Source: a virus. From it: a stretch of 64,000 nt of DNA. The notes below the pieces were generated by a model, which saw only the letters and a list, made by a program, of their open reading frames with translations, did no database searches and was not told the origin of the DNA. How positions within the stretch are numbered: position 1 is the stretch's first letter; each line of letters opens with the position of its first letter. Shown piece by piece: positions 33,054 through 41,914 of this stretch. Both the position numbers and the translations under genes were made by a program. The stretch is from IMG/VR virus record IMGVR_UViG_3300042114_000045, positions 58,780 to 122,779 of that record. One strand, given 5' to 3'.

Positions 33054-34139
33054 ATGAGAAAATTAGCATCAATACAAACAATAACTGCTCTATACCCAAT
33101 AGAAGGTAAAGACAGAATAGCATTAGCACAAATACTAGGTTGGCAAGTAATCGTCAAAAAAGATGAATTTGCTGTAGGAGATAAGTGTGTATACTTTGAA
33201 ATAGATAGCTTCTTACCAGATGTACCAGAATTTCAATTCTTAGGTAAAACTAGTACGTATCTAAGTTACACTGGTTATAGACTTAAAACTATGAAAATGG
33301 CAAAAGTATTATCTCAAGGATTAGCATTACCATTAAGTATGTTTCCTACATTAATTGCAAATCTTAGTGATGACACAGATGTAACCGAAAGGCTAAATAT
33401 TGTCAAATATGACAAAGAAACAGTAGAAAATGCTCAAAGTGGGTCACTTAACCAAGGATCTTCAGAAGGAAAATTTCCTTCGTTTATCCCAAAAACTGAT
33501 CAAACTAGAATTCAATCACTTCCTTCATTTTTTATATCTCATAAAGATGAAGCATTTGAAGAAACATTAAAATTAGATGGTAGTAGCTGTACAATTTACA
33601 AAATAATGAGTAAAAAAACAGGCTTACTAGCTAAGGTAATGAACTTCTTAGGATTCGATACTACAACTACGCACTTTGGTGTATGTAGTAGAAACCTAGA
33701 AATTAAACGACCAAAAGCTGGTGAAAAACAATCAGATTTCTGGACAGCGGCAATTAAATATGATATTGAAAATTCATTGCCAGTTGGTTATGCTATTCAA
33801 GGTGAATTAATAGCACCTAATATCCAAAAGAATTGGGAGAAGGTAAAAGAAGTAGAATACTACATATTTGATGTATATGACATCAATAAAGGTAGTTACT
33901 TATTACCAGATGCAAGAAGAGCATTCGTAGCTTCGTATCTATCTAGTGCAAAACATGTACCTGTGATAAATGAATCTGTAGAAATATTAAAACTTACACA
34001 AGACCAAATACTTGAACGAGTTAAAAGACAATCAATGAATCCTGGAACTATCAGTGAAGGAAGCGTGTATAAATCACTTAAACATTCAACAGTATCGTTT
34101 AAAGCAATCAGTAATGAGTATCTGTTAAAGGAAAAATAA
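33054..34139 (+). CDS. RNA ligase, DRB0094/Rnl2-like family
   Basis: MRKLASIQ, VYFEIDS, FPSFIPKTDQTRIQ, KLDGSS, QGEL, EG, SFKAISNEYL. Confidence 0.92.
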   Translation: MRKLASIQTITALYPIEGKDRIALAQILGWQVIVKKDEFAVGDKCVYFEIDSFLPDVPEFQFLGKTSTYLSYTGYRLKTMKMAKVLSQGLALPLSMFPTLIANLSDDTDVTERLNIVKYDKETVENAQSGSLNQGSSEGKFPSFIPKTDQTRIQSLPSFFISHKDEAFEETLKLDGSSCTIYKIMSKKTGLLAKVMNFLGFDTTTTHFGVCSRNLEIKRPKAGEKQSDFWTAAIKYDIENSLPVGYAIQGELIAPNIQKNWEKVKEVEYYIFDVYDINKGSYLLPDARRAFVASYLSSAKHVPVINESVEILKLTQDQILERVKRQSMNPGTISEGSVYKSLKHSTVSFKAISNEYLLKEK

Positions 34140-34515
34140 TGGTACAAGAAGTAAAAAACACAAAAATAATTTGTGATAAATGCGGAAAAGTAATAAGAGA
34201 TACTAGAATGTCAGAAGCTTACTTTATCAATATGCCAACAGGAACTACTCCAAGAAAGGATGCAGCAAAAATAGGTGACAAAGATATTTGTTTACACTGT
34301 TGTGCTGACTATCTAGAAAAACTCTGCAGTAACAACGTAGTTGACCCATTTACAATGGTAACTTCGGATATTGAACAAGAAAAAGCAAAGAAACAAACAT
34401 TTACGTTTGACTGGTCAAAAATAAAAGTCAAACCATAACAACTTGGCGTATCGAGGCATTACCTCCAGTCGGTGCGAGCCGCGACGTACGCAGAATTTAA
34501 CAAAAGGAAACAAAA

Positions 34516-35316
34516 ATGCTATTTTCAGCAGCAGCGCTAGTAAAAAATTCAGCAACTCAAATGGTGTATAAGAATAGAAACAAAGTACCTGATATAAGAC
34601 CTACTGCAAGAATGGTAGAAGCAATGAAACGCCAATACAGCTCAACACAGCCAGGTTCTAAAGTAGAGATGGGTGGTAGCGTAAATATAGAACACAATAA
34701 CTCCGTGAATACTGTGTGTTTCTCAGTAGATGAGGTAAGAGCATCAGGTAGAGGAGTACAGTTGGTTGAACACAAGTATATAGACTCTGAAGAACTACCG
34801 GAATGGTTTTTACATCAATCATTAATACAAGTTGCATTCTACGGTACATTGGCTCTAAGGCTAAATAAACTGCGAACAGCTAAATTCCACTCACAACAAA
34901 CTGGAATAGTGGAAGAAGTATCTATCAGACGAGCAACAAATACCGTCTCATTAGAAGAAGATAGACCATTTTTTTCAAGAACAGTAACTGCAGCTGCTAC
35001 GAGACGTCTACCATTCAATGAAATTGAAGTAGAAAAACCACCGTTAATAGTAGAACAGTTACTGGTATTTACCAGAGATAATAAAATTGAATGTGAATCT
35101 TGTAATATAGACTCACCAGCAACAATACAGATGATGGCAAGTAGACAAGAAATTTATACAGTATCGACTTCTGAAGAAGTATTAGACTTCTATTCAGCTA
35201 AAGCGTATGTTGTAGCTACGAATAACTACACCAACGCTAAAGCATTTGATGAAAAGTATAAATGGAAAGAATGGGAACTACTAAAGGATTCCTTCAAATA
35301 TAAAAGAATTGCGTAG
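34516..35316 (+). CDS. Putative PD-(D/E)XK nuclease
   Basis: SVDE...LVEHK...QVAFYG (D...ExK...QxxxY). Confidence 0.5.
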   Translation: MLFSAAALVKNSATQMVYKNRNKVPDIRPTARMVEAMKRQYSSTQPGSKVEMGGSVNIEHNNSVNTVCFSVDEVRASGRGVQLVEHKYIDSEELPEWFLHQSLIQVAFYGTLALRLNKLRTAKFHSQQTGIVEEVSIRRATNTVSLEEDRPFFSRTVTAAATRRLPFNEIEVEKPPLIVEQLLVFTRDNKIECESCNIDSPATIQMMASRQEIYTVSTSEEVLDFYSAKAYVVATNNYTNAKAFDEKYKWKEWELLKDSFKYKRIA

Positions 35317-35894
35317 TATAAAGTGACGCTATATAAATAAGCTTTAGACTAAAAACACAAACAGGAGAAAATTATGGCAATCAAAAGAGTAGAAAGATCA
35401 TTATCAGGAATGGTAAAATTTAAGGAATTAGCAGACTATCTAAATGCTAATAAAAAAACAGTAGAAGCAGGTAAAGCTGCACCAATGGCTCAAATCTTAA
35501 AGATTCTAGAAATAGAGAGACCAGTAGAAAACGCTGCAGACTATAGAACAACAATTAAAGAAGCAAAGGCGTATGAGTCAAAAGTAAGATATTGGCAAAA
35601 CAAAATCAATAGACTTATTGCGTATAGAGGACTTTATATGTCAATCAGCTTTCACAATGACTACTTCTTTTTTAAAACAAAAGAAGAATCAGCTCAAAAA
35701 GTTGAGTCGCTTTACAGAGATTCAAGAACAAAAATGGTAAGAGGGGTTCAACTATCACACGGTATAGTTAACTACAGATCAGCGTTTACAACAGCGTTTA
35801 ACAATCAAGAAATAGTAGCTGCTTATAGCGGTAACATTCTTTAATGATATAGACCGCAATGTCTCTAAACTAATTTCGAAATTAGGATAACCAG

Positions 35895-36164
35895 ATGGAT
35901 ATTAACCAAAATGAATTGGCAGAACTTGTACAAAAACTTATTACAGATGCACTTGTAAAAGGTGGTGTTATTGCACCACAAACACCAGTAGTAGAAGAAG
36001 TACCAGCTACACCAGAATACTTAGTAACAGTAGACGGAACAATCGTTGATGCACCAGTTGCAGATTGTGATGAATTAGAAGAGTTGATCGAAGCAGTTTT
36101 AGAAGTAAATGAAAATGCTAAGATTTGTGTATATGAATTAAATGAAGAATTAGGAGCAAACTAA
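35895..36164 (+). CDS. Small acidic protein upstream of the E1/E2/JAB cassette
   Basis: ORF with agga SD; very acidic. Confidence 0.6.
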   Translation: MDINQNELAELVQKLITDALVKGGVIAPQTPVVEEVPATPEYLVTVDGTIVDAPVADCDELEELIEAVLEVNENAKICVYELNEELGAN

Positions 36165-36165
36165 A

Positions 36166-36315
36166 ATGGCAACATCAGCAGCAGAATTAGCAAAACAAAT
36201 CGCAGCAGCAGCAGCAGCAGCGGCAGGTGGTAGAGATACTACAACTCAAAATAGTAGCATTAGAACAGCAGAAGCAAAATCTCTTGAAACAAAATCAGGT
36301 TCTGGAAACAGATAA
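36166..36315 (+). CDS. 49-aa low-complexity peptide not in the ORF track; candidate modifier or precursor
   Basis: aggag SD; MATSAAELAKQIAAAAAAAAGGRDTTTQNSSIRTAEAKSLETKSGSGNR*; followed by hairpin agagtactc-ttcg-gagtacttt. Confidence 0.65.
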   Translation: MATSAAELAKQIAAAAAAAAGGRDTTTQNSSIRTAEAKSLETKSGSGNR

Positions 36316-36367
36316 TTTTTAGAGTACTCTTCGGAGTACTTTATAAAACTATTAAAAGGAAAATAAT

Positions 36368-37738
36368 ATGTACAGATATAAACTTAAAGCAGAAATAATC
36401 TCTGCTTTTCAAAACAACGAAATGGCAGCTATAAACGTAGCAACTTCAGAAATAATTCGTCATTTAATCGATTCAGGACAAATATACTATACTAGTACAT
36501 TCAAATTCGATGACCTACCTACAGATTTATCAATGCGTTCTTTTAACACATACTTTCCCATTCCTTATACAATGGAAAATGGTAACGACAGTAGATTTTC
36601 GATGCCAAAAAGCTGGGTGTCATACACAACAGATTTGCCAGCAGGTCAAATATGGAGTGAAACTAAGTATAGAACCGTTAACTTTAGTGGTGATCACTTA
36701 CTAGATCAAGTAAGAGTAAGGTATGCGTTTTATGACAGACCTATTTCAGGATTAATGAACGTAGTTATGGATAACTATATGCCAAAGATACTATACAACG
36801 CTAGATTTAATAGTAATAATCTTTTTAACCTTAAGTTACCAAAAACTATCTACTGTATATCACCTTGGTTTGCAGATGTAATTGGTGCTCATCAAATTGA
36901 AACAGAACAACTATGTAGAGTACTTGGCTATACAGTTAAAGATTTAAAGCAATTAATTACAAAAGTAAAAGCAAACAATTACTCAATTACATTTGTAGGG
37001 TATGGTGGAACTGGCGTTAATACAATTCACTGGTTAACAGAAATTATGAAATTTACAAACAGTGTAAACTTATTTAAGTTTGTAGAAATAGTAGAACCAG
37101 AAAGTTTAGAAATATCAAACTTATTAAGATTCCCTAAACACCCAAACAAGGTATCAAACAATAGTGTTATTACACAATATAATATGAAACCTTCAGCAAA
37201 ACTACGGCTATTAGATAAGTCAGAAGTTACGTTATTATCAAAAAATAAACCACATTTGCTTCAATCATACTTAGATAATGCAAGTAGGGATTATGGTATG
37301 CAAGGATTAGTATACGACTATGACTTAAATAGAAGAAATAGTACAGATGTATATAAAGCTAAAGATAACCACGTATTTTATGGTGCACCATCTTTAGGTA
37401 CAAGAGGAGTAATGGGACAATGGGGTAACTTTATTGCAGCTACTCATAGTGGAAACGGTTGCCAAATGTGGCTTAACCCAACGCAAGATACCGATTTACA
37501 AATAGAATCATATGGATTAATTTCATTAACTCAATTCTTTATGAATCAATTAAGAATGGCAATTTCTCTATTAGAAATATTAGCAGCAAAAACAGATTTA
37601 TCACAAGTGGATACCCAATTATTAGAGTACGCATTTGATGGTGTATCAAAATTAGCTACTGATAGATCGTACAATTTTCAATTACCTGAACATTCAGGAA
37701 ACGTAGCAACAGAGCAAGAAGCTGCTACAACATTTTAA
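36368..37738 (+). CDS. ThiF/E1-like adenylating enzyme
   Basis: FVGYGGTG nucleotide-binding loop; EPESLEISNLLRF resembles DxDxVExSNLxR. Confidence 0.7.
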   Translation: MYRYKLKAEIISAFQNNEMAAINVATSEIIRHLIDSGQIYYTSTFKFDDLPTDLSMRSFNTYFPIPYTMENGNDSRFSMPKSWVSYTTDLPAGQIWSETKYRTVNFSGDHLLDQVRVRYAFYDRPISGLMNVVMDNYMPKILYNARFNSNNLFNLKLPKTIYCISPWFADVIGAHQIETEQLCRVLGYTVKDLKQLITKVKANNYSITFVGYGGTGVNTIHWLTEIMKFTNSVNLFKFVEIVEPESLEISNLLRFPKHPNKVSNNSVITQYNMKPSAKLRLLDKSEVTLLSKNKPHLLQSYLDNASRDYGMQGLVYDYDLNRRNSTDVYKAKDNHVFYGAPSLGTRGVMGQWGNFIAATHSGNGCQMWLNPTQDTDLQIESYGLISLTQFFMNQLRMAISLLEILAAKTDLSQVDTQLLEYAFDGVSKLATDRSYNFQLPEHSGNVATEQEAATTF

Positions 37739-37747
37739 AGGGATTAT

Positions 37748-38776
37748 ATGTTAGATAAACAAACAATATTACAAGAAGTAATTAAAGAAGAACTAAAAGA
37801 ATTCTTAAAAAAAGAGGAACAAAACCTATATAAATCACAAGATTTACTATCAGCACTATCACTAACAGATGGTTCATACACAAAAGAGTTAAACACTTCA
37901 AGTGGATCAGTAGCGAATCTTTTATCAAATGAAAGATTAGCAGTATACTCAAAGGTATCATCTGTTTCACCAAAAGAATATATGACTCAATTAGGTCAAA
38001 ATATTATTAAAGTAGAAGAACAAATGAAAATAAAAAGTGCAATCGAACTTGCTGTGCACCTTCACGAACAGTTAGGTGATTCTCTAGCAGGTATAATTGC
38101 TATTACTGAAAAAGGTGCTTTAATCAACTTACTACATCACATTGTAGCTGTCGAATTAACACCTACAATATTCTCTAATACTGAAATAGTATCAAAGCTT
38201 ATCGTATTTACATTCAAAGATTTAGAAGAAATTAAATTACAGTATAATCCAGCAACAACACCTGAGTTAGAAGCTATTATGGATCAAACTATAAATGAAC
38301 ATATATTAGGTGCATCAACTATTCTTGAACCAAGATATATTAAAATTGTTAGAAATGATATCAGTTTAGAAAATAGATCGATTGTACAACAATATGCGAT
38401 TTCAAAAGGTGAAAATGAAATAAGGTCAAAAGAATACTACTTAACAGTACACCAATTACTGACTAGAAGTACTTTCGTTCCTTACTACGGTGTAACAATT
38501 GTTGCAATACCTTCATCTGGAAGTCCAGCTGGTCATCACGTTTCATTTACTAAAGGTGCAAACATTAGTAACCACGGTGGTACATCAGGAAACGTTTGCT
38601 GTGGGTCAAAGTCTAATAGGACAATTGAAGGTTTAAGAACACAACACCATTCAAATTTATCTTCTCCGTACAACTCAAATTGTATGACGACAGCATCATA
38701 TGCATACATTAAAAAATGTATAGAAAAGAGTATTTCAATTTACAGAAATACATTAAACATTCCGTTAGGAGAATAA
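37748..38776 (+). CDS. Putative prokaryotic E2-like protein
   Basis: ANISNHGGTSGNVCCG resembles the N(I/V)...GxVC active-site region of prokaryotic E2s; lies between E1 and JAB. Confidence 0.5.
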   Translation: MLDKQTILQEVIKEELKEFLKKEEQNLYKSQDLLSALSLTDGSYTKELNTSSGSVANLLSNERLAVYSKVSSVSPKEYMTQLGQNIIKVEEQMKIKSAIELAVHLHEQLGDSLAGIIAITEKGALINLLHHIVAVELTPTIFSNTEIVSKLIVFTFKDLEEIKLQYNPATTPELEAIMDQTINEHILGASTILEPRYIKIVRNDISLENRSIVQQYAISKGENEIRSKEYYLTVHQLLTRSTFVPYYGVTIVAIPSSGSPAGHHVSFTKGANISNHGGTSGNVCCGSKSNRTIEGLRTQHHSNLSSPYNSNCMTTASYAYIKKCIEKSISIYRNTLNIPLGE

Positions 38777-38777
38777 A

Positions 38778-40085
38778 ATGGAACAACTAGAGCCTAAAAT
38801 TAAAGACTCCGTAGATAAAAGTAACGCAGGTATACTCAGAATTACACAAAAAACGCTATCAGAAATAGCAAGAAATTCTGGACCTTTAGTTGCAACAAAC
38901 GAATTCCAAGTACATTATTGGGCACTAGTGATTAGACTAAAAGCACCAGATAACTCTGTACTTGATATCGCATTTCCGACAGTAGTATTTAACTACGCTC
39001 AACAAGTTACACCAGTACATATTGATTTTGAGCTAAAAGATGTAGAAGCAATGTCAAATGCACTACAACCACTACACGATCAGATAGCACAAAATATACT
39101 TGAGAAGTTTACAACTAACAAAAGTATGTTAATGCCTTTCGCTTACGAAGCTTTATCGGTTCCATTGAATACTCTACATAGACACCCTTCTGGTGTAGGA
39201 AGTTTTTCAGGAACAGACTATGGAAAAAACCATATAGTTAATACAGGAGTAGTATTTCCTCTGTCAATAGCCAATGAAACACCATCTTTCAGTAGTATTA
39301 TGTATAATAACCCGATAAAACTTACTAGAACGGAATACAGAATAGCAACTGGATCTACGCAGGCAGAAGGTATTATGTACAGAAAAGGTAGAACAGCGAC
39401 AGTATACATTACAGAACCAGAAGCTACTTCACAAATTGAACAGTACTTAGGTATTGGGGTTAACACTGATGGATTAAATAACATTACTCTCGTAGATAAT
39501 GGAATATCTTCATTACCAACACCATTACTCAAATTAATAGCTAGTGTAGATGTAGAGCCTAATACACAATTTATTGCAGCTGAAAACGTTACTAAAGCAG
39601 AAAAAATTACATACATGTATGATGGTATAGGTAGTTTTAGAAAAACACCTGTTACAGTTAATTATGGATATAACTCAGCTCCAATGGATTCTTATCTAGC
39701 CGATGACACAGAAACTTTACAAAAAATTGAAAAGAAATACTCAATTGAGTTTAAAGAGGACAAGGATCTATTCGTTCTATCAAAAACAGCATTGATTAAA
39801 ACCATATGTACTTTTGAAAAAATATACTACGGAAGAGAACCATCAACACCTGAATTAAATGAGTACCAAAAAACTACAAAAAAAGATCTAGTAGAAACTT
39901 TACTAGAGCTACAGTACTTAGTTTATGAAGAGTTTTCTGCAGATGATAATGGTGATAATCCAGCAACAGATGAAATAGCGGAAATGAAAGGTGCTCTTAT
40001 GCAAGCCGGTTTAGGTCTAGTAGAAGCAGAAAATGCAACAGATGAACAAATAAGAAAATGGCATGAAGCCATATTTGGAGAATAA
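38778..40085 (+). CDS. JAB/MPN+ metalloprotease domain protein
   Basis: HRHPSGVGSFSGTD is an exact HxHx7SxxD motif; upstream NEFQ may supply the catalytic Glu. Confidence 0.75.
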   Translation: MEQLEPKIKDSVDKSNAGILRITQKTLSEIARNSGPLVATNEFQVHYWALVIRLKAPDNSVLDIAFPTVVFNYAQQVTPVHIDFELKDVEAMSNALQPLHDQIAQNILEKFTTNKSMLMPFAYEALSVPLNTLHRHPSGVGSFSGTDYGKNHIVNTGVVFPLSIANETPSFSSIMYNNPIKLTRTEYRIATGSTQAEGIMYRKGRTATVYITEPEATSQIEQYLGIGVNTDGLNNITLVDNGISSLPTPLLKLIASVDVEPNTQFIAAENVTKAEKITYMYDGIGSFRKTPVTVNYGYNSAPMDSYLADDTETLQKIEKKYSIEFKEDKDLFVLSKTALIKTICTFEKIYYGREPSTPELNEYQKTTKKDLVETLLELQYLVYEEFSADDNGDNPATDEIAEMKGALMQAGLGLVEAENATDEQIRKWHEAIFGE

Positions 40086-40086
40086 A

Positions 40087-40845
40087 ATGACATATAGAGA
40101 ATTCCTTATACCAAAAAGAAATAAAGGTACGAGAAAAATTACAGCACCAGATGCGGAATTACTAGCATATCAAAGAAGTGCTCTCCCAAGAATTGAAGCT
40201 CTATGGGCAGACACTGCAGCGGAATATGGAGTAGAAGATGTACAATACGGATTCATTACAGGACGGAACGTAGTTACAGCCGCAAATAACCATATCGGAT
40301 ATAGAGCATCAATTGGTATGGATATAGCAGACTTCTTCGATTCAGTAACTACGGAACACATCAGACCATTCTCTGAGGACTTAGCAAATGATACAAATTT
40401 ATTTCATGCAGATGGGTATTGTTCACAAGGATTTGCAACATCACCGATGTTAGCTAATTTAGCTTTAATACCAGCGTTACAAGAATTAGATGAATATCTT
40501 CATAATAATCCTGAAATAGATTTTGCTACATCTATGACAGTATATGCAGATGACGTAACAGTATCTGCAAATACAGAAGATATGACAAAATTAGTTGTTA
40601 TAATCGAAGCAGTAACTACTATTCTTGCAAATCATGGGTTTACAATAAAACCTACTAAAACTAGAATTAGATTTGCCAGATACGGTTATAGAAGAATGCT
40701 AGGAATTATGGTTGGGGACAACAATATTAAAGTCCCTAGAAAAATTAAGTATAGAATGAGAGCAGCTAAATTTCAAGGCAATCATCATTCTTTAGGTGGC
40801 TTAGTAACTTGGAGTAGACTCCAATTACCAAAAGCTCTACGGTAG
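40087..40845 (+). CDS. Retron-type reverse transcriptase
   Basis: IPKR...RKITAP, YGF..GR, AANNH (region X-like), DIADFFDS, QGFATSPMLAN, YADD, RMLGIMV (region Y-like). ATG at 40087 has a ggag SD. No maturase or RNase H domain. Confidence 0.92.
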   Translation: MTYREFLIPKRNKGTRKITAPDAELLAYQRSALPRIEALWADTAAEYGVEDVQYGFITGRNVVTAANNHIGYRASIGMDIADFFDSVTTEHIRPFSEDLANDTNLFHADGYCSQGFATSPMLANLALIPALQELDEYLHNNPEIDFATSMTVYADDVTVSANTEDMTKLVVIIEAVTTILANHGFTIKPTKTRIRFARYGYRRMLGIMVGDNNIKVPRKIKYRMRAAKFQGNHHSLGGLVTWSRLQLPKALR

Positions 40846-40850
40846 GTATC

Positions 40851-41068
40851 TTACCTACTAGTGATATATAGTAGAATAAATTCTCACATTAAGCTGATTA
40901 GTATAAAATAAGAGTGTCATCACCTTTGTTATAATGTTATACTAATATTCAGCTGCAGACTACCGCTTCGCTAACGTCTGCAGCTGAAGGGATGCGGCGT
41001 TCGAACCTGGAGACAGGATCCTACATGTTAAACCCTGTAAAACGGTACTATATATCACTAGTGGGTAA
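40851..41068 (+). ncRNA. msr/msd-like unit 1
   Basis: 23-bp IR 40851-40873/41046-41068 (one G-U); G40874; motif agagtgtcatcacctttg; hairpin ttcagctgcagac/gtctgcagctgaa. Confidence 0.8.
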
Positions 41069-41075
41069 AACCACC

Positions 41076-41313
41076 ACAATACTCACTAAGTATAGAAACC
41101 TTACCCAATCATAACATGATTGTTATTGTATAAGAATGTAATCATCTTTGATATATAGCAGTAACAGTATTCATGTTTTAGAAAACCTGAAATTTCTTCT
41201 TAAAATTTTCTAACGAAAATTTATAATCAGAAATATTCACGAAATCTAAAACATGAATCATCCGGGTCCATGCATACGCTGCACAAAAAACGGTATACTT
41301 AGGTAAGTATTGT
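41076..41313 (+). ncRNA. msr/msd-like unit 2
   Basis: IR 41076-41094/41294-41313; G41095; motif aagaatgtaatcatctttg; hairpin attcatgttttaga/tctaaaacatgaat. Confidence 0.8.
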
Positions 41314-41549
41314 AAAACACATAGAACTTATTTAATTTATATAAATAGAAATATTATAAAGTTAAAGCGTCTCACTAGTAGTTTTAGAAGAATGTAATCA
41401 TCTTTGGTAAATAGGAACTACTGCAGATGAGATGACAAAAGTTCCCGTTGAGGAGAACTCATGGCCGCAGGCCAAACGTTCTCCTCGGCTGGGAACAAAT
41501 GTCATCTCATCCTGCTGGTGCGCAAAATCGTATGTGTTTTACAATACTT
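41305..41549 (+). ncRNA. msr/msd-like unit 3
   Basis: Perfect 19-bp IR 41305-41323/41531-41549; G41324; motif aagaatgtaatcatctttg; long hairpin gatgagatgaca...gaggagaac/gttctcctc...tgtcatctcatc. Confidence 0.82.
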
Positions 41550-41677
41550 ATAGTAGACTTTTTGTAGAAAAAGGAACGGTAGAAGTATCATCGCCGAACT
41601 TAAGACTTTTTCTAATGTATTTTCAAAGAATATCTGATTAGAACGTAATAACTAAACGATATTCTTATAGTACTATA
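41549..41677 (+). ncRNA. msr/msd-like unit 4 (short or degenerate)
   Basis: 7-bp IR tatagta/tactata; G41556; tagaaaaag/ctttttcta stem enclosing agaagtatcatcgccg; hairpin aagaatatc/gatattctt. Confidence 0.55.
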
Positions 41678-41682
41678 TAGTA

Positions 41683-41902
41683 TTAAAAATATTTAAGGGT
41701 ATAGAATTAAATTTCAATAAACTAGCTTGTAATAGTAGGAAGGTGTATCACCTCTGCTATAACGCTATTACATTAGACTAGTTTAGCGCACCCGCCCACT
41801 GTCCCTAAGTTGCGCCCTATCGGGCTGCACTTTAAGACAGTCAGCTACAGCGCTAAACTAGTCAACGTTTTGAAAAAAAGGTATACCCTTAAATATTTTT
41901 AA
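41683..41902 (+). ncRNA. msr/msd-like unit 5
   Basis: Perfect 21-bp IR 41683-41703/41882-41902; G41704; motif aaggtgtatcacctctg; hairpin gactagtttagcgc/gcgctaaactagtc. Confidence 0.82.
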
Positions 41903-41914
41903 GAAAGAAGAAAC

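Noticed and set aside
40087-40845. Group II intron RT
   Set aside because: Only ~252 aa with no maturase/X or endonuclease domain, and no domain V/VI-like sequence recognised downstream.
41432-41641. 69-aa ORF inside the array
   Set aside because: It overlaps the unit 3 hairpin and unit 4, has no clear SD and atypical composition; likely spurious.
40851-41902. CRISPR array or DGR template repeat next to the RT
   Set aside because: There are no identical repeats with regular spacers and no cas1/cas2. I saw no TR/VR pair differing at adenines. Conservation is structural (inverted repeats plus a short motif), and the RT has retron-like motifs.
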